A DNA stretch of 64,000 bases from Eledone cirrhosa. Taxonomy: Eukaryota. Made by a program: the position numbers and the translations under genes. Location: assembly GCA_964016885.1 (NCBI GenBank), contig OZ024740.1:150040001-150104000 (forward strand), in the 5' to 3' direction. Positions 1 to 12,569 of the stretch are shown here, piece by piece (position 1 is the stretch's first letter; every line of letters starts with the position of its first letter). A model generated the notes under the pieces. That model was not told where the DNA came from. It made no database searches and saw nothing but the letters and a program-made list of their open reading frames with translations.

Positions 1-243
1 CCTTCTCCTAGAATTCTGCCTTGACAAAGGCTAAGGGGTCATTTCTCTCGGTGATTTTGGATGGCCATTGACTCTTAAGAGCTCCTTTGCCCTTTGACAG
101 GTTTTGTTTTTAGTCCTGCAGTATGTCCAAAGTCACCCTCCTCACCAAGAAACCTTGGTGGGGTTGCCAGTTTAGTCGCCAATGACCATGGGACAGGTTG
201 TACTGGAATACATGTTACCAGTAGCACCAACTGGTTACCTGAC

Positions 244-245
<2 letters not shown>

Positions 246-274
<29 letters not shown>

Positions 275-325
275 CATACATACATACATACATACATACA
301 TACATACATACATACATACATACAT
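246..325. repeat. (TACA)n microsatellite
   Basis: Perfect tetranucleotide array; explains the MYVC/HTYI ORFs. Confidence 0.95.
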
Positions 326-326
326 A

Positions 327-1480
327 GACGAAATCCGAACAGTTGATGTTGGAACTCGAAAAATACTAAACAACACCGGAAACTTCCACATCAACCGTGA
401 CATAGACCGCCTTTACTTTAAACGTAGGCAGGGAGGCAAAGGCCTAACATCAGTCCAGACAGCATTTCAATGTCGCATCATATCCCTCCAACAATATCTA
501 CGAACCTCGAAGCGTAGGAGTCCGTCTCACGAGCAAGTCTATCTTCATGAAACAGATAAGATCATGAGAGTTGGAAAGGAACTCCTCGAGAGATATTCCC
601 TGTGCGATAATCAAAGACTCACACCCAGGGAAGTCGCTCAACAATATCGCAGTGAATCCATGGATGAAAAACTGCATGCTTATCAGCAAAAAATCAAGCA
701 TGGATATATTGCCAGGAAGCTCCAGAGTGAGACTAATATGGATAAGGAAAGTAGTCTATCTTGGACCAACAACCGCTATATTGGCTCCCACTTTGAAGGA
801 TACGCTTTTCCAATCCAAGAACAGGGGATTAACACGAAATACTTGATTCACAAAAGAGATAGGGATGCAGGCAAAACACCTAGATGTGATAACAAGTGCA
901 GACTCAGCAGAACTAACATCGAGGATATCACCCATGTCATCAGCAGCTGCCCAAAGATGTCATCGCGGTACTATCTACCTATGAGGCATGATGTAGTGTC
1001 CAAAGCACTGTACAATGCAGTCCGTAAAAAAGATAGCCCCGATAAAAAACGCATTAAAAGTTTCAGCAATGTGGAAAACATCCACGTACATAATATGAAA
1101 GAGTACTGGTGGAATGTTCCAGTAAAAACCCCAACAAAATGCAGGCATAACAGACCAGATATTATGATATGGGACAGGGAAAAGAAGGCATGCACAGTAG
1201 TGGAAATTAGCTGCCCCGCAGATGCCAATATAATATCAAATATTAGCGAAAAGGAGAATATTTATGCAGAACTGATGAGAAATCTGCAGATACTCCACCC
1301 TGACTATACCTTCAGATTTATGTTCTTGGGGCATTGGGGTATTTTAGTAACTGCCTCAATACAAATCGTGAGAAGCTAGGCTTCACAGGGACAGAAAGAA
1401 CACTAGTTAGGAAATTACAAGTACAATCCATTAATGGAACAGTAAAAATATGTAAAACATTCCAAAGATTTTGCATCTAA
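327..1480 (+). mobile_element. 5'-truncated R4/Dong-like non-LTR retrotransposon (RT C-terminus, CCHC knuckle, restriction-like endonuclease), frameshifted
   Basis: RLYLKRRQGGKGL near 407. ORF 564-1379 has CRLS..EDITHVISSCP, RHD and RPDIMIWDREKKACTVVEISCP (PD-(D/E)xK type nuclease). Confidence 0.85.
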
Positions 1481-1989
1481 TAACTGCATATATACATGTA
1501 CAGATACAAAGCACACATACAACTCAAAACATTCACATCCACACATACAATAACATCTATATCTTCACATGCATGCATACATAATCTACCTAGTTGATGT
1601 TGTGTAAATTCCAATGAGAGAGTCTTGTATCTATGTTAGAAACCGACTCTCTCTCTATTGGGAAAAAGTTTGTGAAATTATAAAACCAGAAGAACATACA
1701 TACATACATCGAAAGATGATAAAAGTCTCAGGCACATATACATATTTGAGCACAACAAACAGATAATTAAATAATATGCACACCGAAACACAAACACATA
1801 CAAGCACAGATACACTCATAGTATACACCACATAGAACTGCAGATAAACACTCAATCTACACATCGTATCAATGTTACTTGTCTAGTGATAACAAATCAC
1901 ACGCAGTCCCAAACTCCGCTAGAAATAGGAGCGGTGATTATAGCCACTGAGTTCAACATGTTAAGAGCTTTGGAGCCGTTAAATACAAA

Positions 1990-2178
1990 TAATTGTTTCT
2001 ACTTTAGGCACAAGGGCAACAATTACACAGTGCATTACTGGTACTTTATTTTATCGACCCCGTAAGGATGAAAGGCAAAATCAACCTCGGCGGGATTTGA
2101 ACTCAGATCGTAAAGGGACGTCACTCTATGCTGCAAAGCATGGTGTCCGACCCTCTACCGATACTGCCAATCCACCAA
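1990..2178 (-). mobile_element. tRNA-derived SINE
   Basis: Minus strand begins GGTGGATTGGCAGTATCGG (A box) and has GAGTTCAAATCC (B box); the same family recurs many times in the window. Confidence 0.8.
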
Positions 2179-2425
2179 ATAATGAATCAAGACATATCAA
2201 ATATGTTTAGAATTTTGTGTTTCTCAATAAGTAAGCTCAAAAGACTTTATCTAGAGCCATAATAACCAAATGAAAAAGAGACATATATCGTACAAGAAAC
2301 ACAGTATATTTTATATATACCAAATACTTATTATATAGAAGATGTACACAGTAATACTTGATATATCTTGATCCACTATTTGTAAATGTATATATATATC
2401 TATATATATTTAATATATATATATA

Positions 2426-2907
2426 TGTACAGCCACCGGAAATAACATCTGTGAAATATACAGCTCCATCTATCTGTTAGCTAGCTACCTCACCGTGAAA
2501 CAAACAACCCTTAGAATCCATCAGAATAAACGCCTACACAGCGGCTAAACATCAAACGATTATTTCTGTATAAATAGAGTGATTCCAAACATTTTCACCA
2601 GTCGACATTTGGCAGAGTCAACCCGCGTATCGTTATTTCTCGCCTCTGCCACGCTTGTCACTCACACACGCCTTGTACCGTATCGTCGCTTCATGTGAAA
2701 ATAAATAGCTGATCAAAATTACATCTCTCGTCTTGCTTCGTCCTTTCAACTTGTGCTTTCGTCTGTTCATCCTTACCGTATGTGACAACAGTTCTTTTAA
2801 GGGCTATCTTCAGATACGATCAGACCGTATGCGATAACAGTCTTTTTAATGGCTATTCTCGGATCTGATCGGAAGTAGTGACCAGACTGACCAACCACGT
2901 CGCTTCA
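2426..2907 (+). repeat. 5' LTR
   Basis: TGTAC...CTTCA, direct repeat of 7768-8249; TATAAA near 2569 and AATAAA near 2700. Confidence 0.95.
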
Positions 2908-2909
2908 AT

Positions 2910-2941
2910 TGGTGACCCCGACGTGATTCGAACGCGCAACC
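2910..2941 (+). promoter_or_regulatory. Primer-binding site complementary to the tRNA-Trp 3' end
   Basis: TGGTGACCCCGACGTGATTCGAACGCGCAACC starts 2 nt after the LTR; it is the reverse complement of the metazoan tRNA-Trp(CCA) 3' portion. Confidence 0.85.
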
Positions 2942-2966
2942 AGATAGCACTTAAGAAGATACCGAC

Positions 2967-3768
2967 ATGGACATGTCACAAACAACGACAGAGGCCGAGA
3001 TACCAACCACACAAGCGGCTTTAACATTGAAAGTCCCCGTTTTTTTGGTCCAACGACCCGACTCTGTGGTTCGCTCACATAGAAGCGCAATTCGCCGCTA
3101 ACAGAATTAAGAGCGATTCCGCAAAGCTCACCTACATCATTGTATCATTCCGCAAGAAATTGATCAAGCGGACGACCGCGTCACAGCAGAGACGACTCAA
3201 CCAACTCGTGTCTGCAGAAGAATTGGGGGACAGAAAACCGTCCCAACTATTGAGAAAGATGAGACAGCTGATGGAGGACCAGCCGCTTTCAGAAGATCTG
3301 CTGAAACGGCTGTTTATACAGCGCTTGCCCTTATCGATGCAGGGCATTCTGGCGTCGACTAATGAGTCAGCAACCCCGGAAGAACTGGCGAGTGTCGCAG
3401 ATAAGATCGCTGAGGTGTCAAACCCTTTTGCTTCAGTAGCACAGGTAGATCGTCGGACGAACCCTTACGTAGCGTCCTCGGACTCCACCTCCGTGATTTC
3501 AGAGCTGCGGGCTATGATAAGAGAGCAGGCAGGTCAAATTAAAGCCCTCTCAAACCAATTAGAGAACCCGACCTTTCAAACACACTGGCGGTGCAGCAAC
3601 AGTCGATCAAGGCCCTTTCACCATCGAAGATCCAGAAGTCTCAGTCAAAATCGTGTGTCTGGCAACCTCTGCTGGTATCACGAAGAATTCGGCGCACAAC
3701 CATCTAAGTGTAGGGCACCGTACTCTTTCCAGAATACCACCCAGGGAAACGGGCAGACCAGGGCCTAG
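2967..3768 (+). pseudogene. gypsy gag (frameshift/deletion near 3150)
   Basis: FWSNDPTLWFAHIEAQF at the N-terminus; LGDRKPSQLLRKM and CWYHxxFG..KC in ORF 3160-3768. Confidence 0.85.
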
Positions 3769-6700
3769 CGACGACGTTCACCCCTGGTACTGAGAAGAAA
3801 AGTCGTCTATTTTTTTATTAACGACCAAGCTAGGCATCCGTTACCTGGTGGATACAGGAGCCCAGGTTAGTGTTATTCCTGTTTCACTAATCTCGGGCAA
3901 AAGATACCCAACACCGTCCTTTCTGCAGGCAGTGAACCAATCGTCAATTCTGACTTTCGGAGAGAAATCACTGACCCTCAATTTAGGCCTGAGGCGGCGT
4001 TTTCAATGGGTGTTCGTCGTGGAAAACCTGCGACCCCTATCCTAGGAGCCGATTTTCTCCACCACTTCAACCTTCTGGTGGATATGAAGAACCGGAGGCT
4101 TATTGACACCACTACACACCTCACTGTGAGAGGTATATTTACCACGCAATCCACAGTGCGCCCTGTAATTTGCCAGTCAGAGCCTTCGCGTTACAACTGC
4201 ATTCTCCAGAAATACCCAGACATCACTCGCCCGGTATTTAAGGATGGTCCTATTAAGCATAATGTCACGCACCACATCGAGACAAGAGGACCACCCACAG
4301 CTGCCCGACCAAGGATATTGCCTCCAGACCGATTGAAAATCTCCAAACAGGAGTTCCAACACATGCTGGATCTCGGAATCATTCGCCCTTCCTCCAGCAA
4401 CTGGTCTGCACCCCTACACCTTGTTCCTAAAAAAATGAGAATGATTGGTGACCATGTAGGGATTATCGTGCACTTAACAATTCTACAGTACCCGATAATT
4501 ACCCTGTACTTCACCTGCACGACTTTTCTGCCTCTCTGCAAGGCGCACGCATCTTTTCCAAGATAGATTTGGTGCGTGCATATAACCAGACACCTATGGA
4601 GCCTGCAGATATTCCGAAGACCGCAATCACAACACCGTTCTGTTTATGTGAATTCCTGCGAATGCCGTTCGGTCTGCGCAACGCTGCACAAACTTTTCAG
4701 CGGTTTATTGACACCGTGTTACGTGATCTACCCTTCGTATACGCGTATATTGACGACGTGCTGGTAGCAAGTACTTCCGAGCAAGAACACGAGAAGCACT
4801 TAGATCTCCTTTTCCAACGTTTGGCTGAGTACGGTATCATCATCAACCCCAGCAAGTGCCTTCTCGGCGTTCCTTCACTGTCCTTTCTCGGGCACATCAT
4901 TGATAAAGACGGCATTCGTCCACTTCCTGAGAAAGTAGAAGCTATCCGCAATTTTCCCGCACCTACATCACCTCGGAAACTGCGTGAATTCCTCGGTTTG
5001 GTGAAATTTTATAGGCGTTTCATCCCTAATTGTGCCGACGCACCCAGACTCCTCACGGACCTTCTTCGCAACCGGACTCGCAAAAAACGAAGAGAGCACT
5101 CTAAACGAGGAAGAATTAACATCTTTTAACCGCCTGAAGGAAATGTTGGCAAACGCTTACATGCTCGTTTTCCCCAGGTCTGGCGCTCCTCTTTCGCTGC
5201 TAGTGGACGCATCAGACACGGGGGTTGGAGACGTTTTACAACAACATGTCGACGGCGTTTGGCAACCCTTATCCTTCTTTGCTAAGCGGTTGCAACCTGC
5301 AGAAACGAAATACAGTACGAACTCTTGGCAACCTACCTTTCGGTTAAGCATTTTCGGCATATGCTCGAAGGATCGGATTTCGTGATCTACACGGACTATA
5401 AACCACTAGTTTATGCGTTCCGTACAAAACCTGATTGACATTCACCGAGAGAACTCCGACACCTGGATTTTGTCTCCCAATATTCAACTGATATTCAGCA
5501 TATCAAGGGATCAGACAACGTAGCAGCCGACGCCGTCCCGAATCCAGCTGAACGCAATACATGTGAATTCAGGCATCGACCTTCAACAGATCGCAGCTGA
5601 CCAAGAGACTGACGAAGAGTTTATCAAGCTCCGAGATTCGCCATCTCTGAAGTTTCAGCAAGTTCTCATTCCTTCTTCTCCGGGACAAATTTGGTGCGAC
5701 CTTTCTACCGGTCATGAACGACCGTATGTACCACAGATGCATCGTCGACAAGTTTTTTCTGCTTTACACTGCTTGTCTCACCTGGGAATCCGGGCTACAC
5801 AAAAACTCATCTCTGCTCGTTTTGTGTGGACTAACATTAACAAGGACGTGCGCGACTGGTCCAGGAGCTGCATTGCCTGCCAGAAAACCAAAGTCCACAG
5901 ACACATCAAAACTCCACTCGGCACATTCGCGCAACCTGATGCACATTTTCATCATGTGCATATCGACATCGTCGGACCTCTATCACCATCACAGAACTAC
6001 ACACACTTGCTCACCTGCATAGATCGATTTTCCCGTTGGCCTGAGGCTTTTTCCATAAATGATACCTCAGCGGAAACAGTCGCTAAAACTTTGGTTTACA
6101 CTGGGTATCACGTTATGGCGCCCCAGCGAAGATAACAACGGACAGATGACGCCAATTTGACTCCCACCTCTTCAGGGAACTGACTCGCCTGTTAGGATGT
6201 AAACACATCCGCACGACAGCTTATCACCCGCAAGCTAATGGTCTCGTGGAAAGATTCCATCGCCAATTGAAAGCTGCAATAAAAGCATATCCAGACAAGA
6301 CCCACTGGTTTGAATACCTGCCACTCATCCTTCTGGGCATTCGATCCACCGTTAAGGAGGAATTCGGACACACACCTGCAGAATTAGTGTACGCCACCAC
6401 CCTGGTTCTACCTGGTCAGATGGTTGCTCCCATCTCTCCTCAGGATGTTCCAGACCCAGGATCATACGTACACCGTCTTCGACAATATATGTCTCACTTT
6501 GCTCCTGCAAGCACCCGTCAACAGAACACGGCCACACACGTACCTTCAGACATTAAAGATTGGACACACGTTTTCGTTCGAAACGACACCATCTCAGCTC
6601 ATCTTCGACCTCCATATTCTGGCCCTTATCGTGTTCTAAAAAAATATCCGAAATATTTTATTCTCGATCTAGATGGTAAACAGAATTCTGTCAGCGTGGA

Positions 6701-6836
6701 CAGATTAAAAAAATCCATCATGGATACTGTTACAGTCTCTACACCAGAAACTCCACCTGTTTCATCTTCAGTCACGAGAAGTGGACGACGTGTCCATTGG
6801 CCCGCCAAGTTGGCACAATATGTGAATTACTGTTAA
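3750..6836 (+). pseudogene. gypsy pol (protease, RT, RNase H, integrase) broken by frameshifts and stops
   Basis: LVDTGAQVS and ILGADFL (protease); [14 protein letters not shown] and YIDD (RT); VDASDTGVG (RNase H); HHCC zinc finger, HIDIVGPL, ERFHRQLK and PPYSGPY (integrase). Confidence 0.92.
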
Positions 6837-7767
6837 CCTCAAGTGAGTTTCTTAATCATTCTTCTTGCAAAACATTCCCATTTCCCTTGTGATTACTATT
6901 TCCAGTTTCAAATACAATGAACTTTCTGATTGAACAATTGCAATTTTTAGTGACCATGTGCTCATGTCACAAAGAACATTATTTATTATGAACATTATTT
7001 ATTACAAACACTACTTAAGAACAAACATTGTGTATAGCATTGTGTATAACATTTTTTTTCTTCTCTCTCTTGTTTTGCAAAAATTTGTATTTTTCTTGTT
7101 CTGTAACATTGATTGTGTAATTGCCATAATTTTTATATACATACAAGGCGTGTACATATTCTGTTTTTAATTCACACTACAAAACCACGTTTGTTTCACC
7201 TTTTGGTTCATACACTGAGCAATAGATAGTTGTGTCCCTCTAACTCTTACAATACAAAATATTTTCTCTTTGATCACGCATTTCACAAATCGCATCCTCA
7301 AAACACTGGCCTTCATTTTTCACGTACACATTCACTCAATAGCTCGAGAATGCCTCGCTATATTTTTTTACCACATGCATTCGCTCAAGTCATATGCTGT
7401 GAAGCAAACTGTTACTTTTAGGCAGCATGCTTACGGCCATTCAGTTCACACATTACGGTTATCTTCACTGCCCAGTTAGACTTTTTGTCACGCAATTCAC
7501 AGGGAGCTCAACCCAAATTGCAACAGGCTCATTCATCACGCCTGCATAAATCTGGTCAAAGTCATTTTATAGTTTATTTCTTTTTTCTCTTCCTGACACA
7601 CACATCTTGCCATATCATCTCTACATCGACTCTGTCCTGTACTCGATGATCACAAAATTTCACAATGTGCTGCCCCTTGGGCTATTGTCATGACAAATGC
7701 ACCACTGGCCCATTTACTATACGATATTTCGCTCTTTTGTTGTACAAAATATCTGGCAGGGGCCTAA

Positions 7768-8249
7768 TGTACAGCCACTGGAAATAACATCTGTGAAATA
7801 TACAGCTCCATCTATCTGTTAGCTAGCTACCTCACCGTGAAACAAACAACCCTTAGAATCCATGAGAATAAACGCCTACACAGCGGCTAAACATCAAACG
7901 ATTATTTCTGTATAAATAGAGTGATTCCAAACACTTTCACCAGTCGACATTTGGCAGAGTCAACCCGCGTATCGTTGTTCCTCGCCTCTGCCACGCTTGT
8001 CACTCACACACGCCTTGTACCGTATCGTCGCTTCATGTGAAAATAAATAGCTGATCGAAATTACATCTCTCCCCTTGCTTCGTCCTTTCAACTTATGCTT
8101 TCGTCTGTTCATCCTTACCGTATGTGACAACAGTTCTTTTAAGGGCTATCTTCAGATACGATCAGACCGTATGCGATAACAGTCCTTTTAAGGGCTATTC
8201 TCGGATCTGATCGGAAGTAGTGACTAGACAGACCAACCACATCGCTATA
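7768..8249 (+). repeat. 3' LTR
   Basis: Colinear with the 5' LTR; I count about 16 substitutions in 482 bp by eye. Confidence 0.95.
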
Positions 8250-8262
8250 TATATATATATAT

Positions 8263-8901
8263 ACTAGTTGAATTACCCGCGCCTTGCTGCGATTCACACA
8301 TTCTTTTGTAAGAAAATGATGATTGATTTTAAATCAGTGATATAATTTATGGAGAAAAACTCTGCATTTCAATATTACTCAATGTAAAATATAATGCATA
8401 AAAAATTGGAAAACATTATTTTTTGTAATATATCAAATCAAAATTACATTATTAAATCTTATTCTTATTTTGTTTCTTGTAAATAATTTTTTTTCAAAAT
8501 ATCAATTCAAAACTTTAGTGAATAGGCATCATATCTTGTCATTTACCTATGTTTTAAATTTCATATAAATCGAAGGGAAAAAAATTTCAGCCGGGTTTTG
8601 TGCCTCCAGGGAACCCTAATAGGAGGTTTATCCCCCATTAGTGTGTCTTAATATTATTGAAATTTGCTGAAATTTTGTAAATAGGCGTCATATCTTATCA
8701 TTTAAATTTCTTATAAATAGAAGGGAAAATATTTTCAGCGGGGTTTGTGCCCCCGGAGAACCCTTTGATTAAAATGAAATATACTTATCCAAGTACCCTG
8801 GGCAATGTAGTTTCAGAATATATATGATTATGGGGGTCTATCTCCAAAACCATAGGAGGAGTTCGTGAACAAACAAACAAACAAAGGGACAGGAACTACA
8901 A

Positions 8902-8915
<14 letters not shown>
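8263..8915 (-). mobile_element. Non-autonomous Helitron-like element
   Basis: Minus-strand end CGCAGCAAGGCGCGGGTAATTCAACTAG (GC-rich hairpin then CTAG); shares internal blocks with 10423-11032. Confidence 0.6.
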
Positions 8916-8949
<34 letters not shown>

Positions 8950-8952
<3 letters not shown>

Positions 8953-9162
8953 CAATCGATCGACTTTCGTCAAATCGGACCGAGGAAAAAATGTTTCCAT
9001 TGGTCTTTCTAATTGCTAATACTTTCTGTCGGTCGCAATTTCAGGTAGAAGGAGCAACGTAAAATAAAGTGTCTTGCCCAAGGACATAACGCATCGTCCG
9101 GTCAAGGAATCGAACTCACAACCTCACGATTGAGAGTCAATCCTCTTACCACTCACCCACAT

Positions 9163-9165
<3 letters not shown>
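8950..9165 (-). mobile_element. tRNA-derived CORE-type SINE fragment followed by (GA)n at 9166-9220
   Basis: AAGTGTCTTGCCCAAGGACA core-like motif; GAGTTCGATTCC B box on the minus strand. Confidence 0.6.
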
Positions 9166-9224
<59 letters not shown>

Positions 9225-10422
9225 CTCATACATATCACTAACGAGTCGATAAAATATCGTTCCCTTGAGATACATAAATTTTCAAGACCCTTAAATTTAA
9301 GTTGCTTGATCAAAATCCCTGACCGTAAAAACAGCCTATGAATTGAAAAATAAATAAGTCAGATCACGTCAATAGCTTGATGAGCTCATCATTATTCGAT
9401 CAAATTCATCGACTATTTTTACAGTTACTGAATCGGAGAATAATTTTAACCAATCAATAAATCGATATGGTCATCATAACCAGATTCCATATTGTTCTTC
9501 GGAGGGGTTTTCTGATTTAGTGAAAAAGAAGCTGAAAATGCAATTGGAATCTTTAAGTGGAAATTTTACCGGTTTCATAAGTTTCATGATTTTCAAGAGT
9601 TAAGAGCGATGGAAAGATATGTAACTATGCCGACTTATAACTCGCATCTAACTGATGTTGGGAATTTCTTTCACTTTTATGCAAAAAATGACTCAGATTG
9701 CTCTAGGTTTGAAAGAACAATTTGTTAGGTTGCAGAAGATAATGTGACAAGCCATCGAATTTTGTGGTAATTGCGCGCCAAAAATCATGGTTCTTTTAGA
9801 TTTATGCAGAAAGGTGACTCAAACTGCTATCTGTTTAAAGTATAATTTGAGAGCCGGAGTATTATCACGTGATTAGGCACCGAATTTGGTGGTACATCCG
9901 CGCCAAAAAAAAAAAAAAAAAAAATCGTGTTCAGTAGTCAAAGAAAGTTGGTATTTTCTTTGAAGCAATACCCAAAATTCAAAAGTACAGAAATTTTGTT
10001 TGTATGTTTGTATGTACGTATGTGAATTTCGCTGTTATATATAAATTAATTACCAATACTAACGCTAATTATATGCAAATTAGTACGTCCATTTCAGGAT
10101 AATACGAAGAGCAAATGAGTTTATATACCTATGAAATACATGTATCCTTGTGGTTCGTTGGATGATATACACGCCTTCTAATGCGGGTCTAATTAGGCGT
10201 AAAAATCGATTAAAGATGTTTTTCATTTTTTTTCAATTTACAGAGAAATTCGTATTTTGTGACATCTTTACATGCCCTACATATTATATATGTATATATT
10301 TACAGACGTTGGTGCAGTCTCGGTTACATACCCTGTATTTATACAGCTAAAACTTTAATATATATATATATACATATGTGTGTATGTGTGAATCTCTCTC
10401 TCTCTCTCTATATATATATATA

Positions 10423-11032
10423 CTAGCCAAATTACCCGCGCCTTGCTGCGTTTCACACTTTTTTTTGTGTAAGAAAATAACGATTGATTTTAAATCAGTG
10501 ATATAATTTATGGAGAAAAACTCTATCTTGTCATTTATCTATTGTTTAAATTTCATATAAATCGAATGGAATACATTTTCAGCGGGGGTTTTGATTAAAA
10601 TGAAATATACTTATCCAAGTACCCCGGACAATGTAGTTTCAGAATATATATATGGTTATGGGGTCTATCTCCAAAACTATAGGAGGAGTTCGTGAAATCT
10701 TGTTCCATTTATTGGCCAAAATTTTCACTATAGGGGGTTTAACCCCCATTACGGTGTCTCAATATTATTGAAATTTGCTGAAATTTTTGTGAATCGGCAT
10801 CATATCTTGTCATTTACCTATGGTTTAAATTTCATATAAATCGAAGGGAAACATTTTCAGCGGGGGTTTGAGCTCCCGGGGAACCCTTTGATTGAAATGA
10901 AATATACGTAAGAAATCAAATGGGCATGAGCCCCCACACACGTGTCAAGTTTCATCAAGATCGGCTTGGTAGTTTTTTAGTTTTAGGTTCACAAACAAAC
11001 ACACAAAGACAGAAATTGCCATTTATGTATAT
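10423..11032 (-). mobile_element. Non-autonomous Helitron-like element (same family as 8263 and as the 5' end at 42897)
   Basis: CTAG plus hairpin at the left end; minus-strand 5' end ..ATAAATGGCAATTTCTG matches 42905-42921. Confidence 0.65.
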
Positions 11033-11034
11033 AT

Positions 11035-11165
<131 letters not shown>

Positions 11166-12364
11166 TGAAACGTTGTAGAAACATACACACATTGTTATGT
11201 TCACTTTTGTGAAATATATGGATTTATGTATGTATTTAATAGGTACGAAATTTGGTTGTTTTAGTTTCAACACACGCTCTTAGATCAAACTATTTTGCTA
11301 TAAATGTGACTCATATTGAATTTTAATAGCACCACAAATATTTTCCTCCTTTTTTTAGTTTCATTTTACTTTTACTGACCTCGCACGTTCGTATATCTGT
11401 CAATATTTTTGCTGTAGTGAAGGTCAAAATAACGACGACTCTATTTGACTGTCGCCATTCCCTATACAATCAACTTGGTTGTTGTTGACATTGTAACTTC
11501 TTTCACTCCTTAACGACAATGTGATTGTTGTCCTTTGGAAAGTTTGTGTATTTAAAACTACTCTGCTAAATAATACATTCCGAGTCGAGTAGAGTGGGGA
11601 GAGATAGCTAAGTGTTTCAAATATTGAATTTACTACACATAGGTCTTCAGTTCAAATCTTCTTTAGATTTTTCACTGTAGAATATGTCATTCTAATTCCA
11701 GTGAATAGATATGTAATCATCTGAGAAAGTTACAAGTAATATATCAGTTTCTATTCTAGAATACAAACTGCTGAACTCAAGGACACAAAGTTGTATGACC
11801 AGAAAATCTACATTTTATTTATTAGGATGGATTAGAATTGTAACCAAGTTTCAGAAGCGCGACGAAACGTTTTGAAAATTCATAATATATATTACTATTA
11901 AGAATTAAATGAAAAGTAAATGTAAAAGCTTTTGTATATTCTTAAATCACTAAAATTACTATTCAATGTGTATGGCAATTTCTTTTTCTATTATAAACAA
12001 GTCAGTTGTCAGGGATCTGTGTGAAACAGAGTATGAGTCAAATAATGGAATAGAAAAAAAAAGGAAAGAAAATAGAAAGACAACAAATGATGAGGTTGGT
12101 GAGGGAAAGCTTTATACATGAATGTTTTAAATAGCTGAACAAACAAAAACAAAAATGAAGAAATTCAGTCAGAATAGTTATCATAGAGAAAAACGTCTGA
12201 AATCCAAACTTTGAAAACGAGGCAGCAGATCAATAGAAGCAGCAGATCAATAGAGGCAGCAGATCAATAGAGACTTATGTAGTTCATGATCACCCTGATT
12301 AAATACCCTGATGGAATGAAAAGGTTTACTAATGATCTCTTCCAATAGTTTCTGTCAGAAATAA

Positions 12365-12550
12365 TATTGATTTCTAATTTAAGCACATGGCCAGCAACAT
12401 AGGGAAGGGGCGAAGTTGATTATATCAAGACTAGTACTTCATTCGTACTCTATTTTAACGATCCTGGAAGGATGAACGGCAAAGTTAACTTCAGTCGGAT
12501 TTTAACTCAGAAGATTCAACGCACGCTTAACTAATTCGCTAATCCGGTAA
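12365..12550 (-). mobile_element. Degenerate SINE
   Basis: Diverged copy of the 1990-2178 family (GGATGAACGGCAAAGTTAACTTC...AACTCAGA). Confidence 0.6.
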
Positions 12551-12569
12551 GCTTTGCACGCTGGGAAAG

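Larger units (their letters stand above)
2426..8249 (+). mobile_element. Full-length, decayed Ty3/gypsy LTR retrotransposon inserted in a (TA)n tract
   Basis: Two 482-bp LTRs, tRNA-Trp PBS, gag, PR-RT-RH-IN order, short purine tract near 7755; both flanks are (TA)n. Confidence 0.95.

Noticed and set aside
2910-2941. tRNA-Trp gene on the minus strand
   Set aside because: Only the 3' part is present, including encoded CCA, directly after an LTR; it is a primer-binding site.
6840-7767. Possible env gene in the gypsy element
   Set aside because: Only short AT-rich ORFs with no recognisable fusion-protein features.
9240-10340. Possible DNA transposon remnant ending ATACCCTGTA
   Set aside because: I found no matching left TIR or transposase motif.
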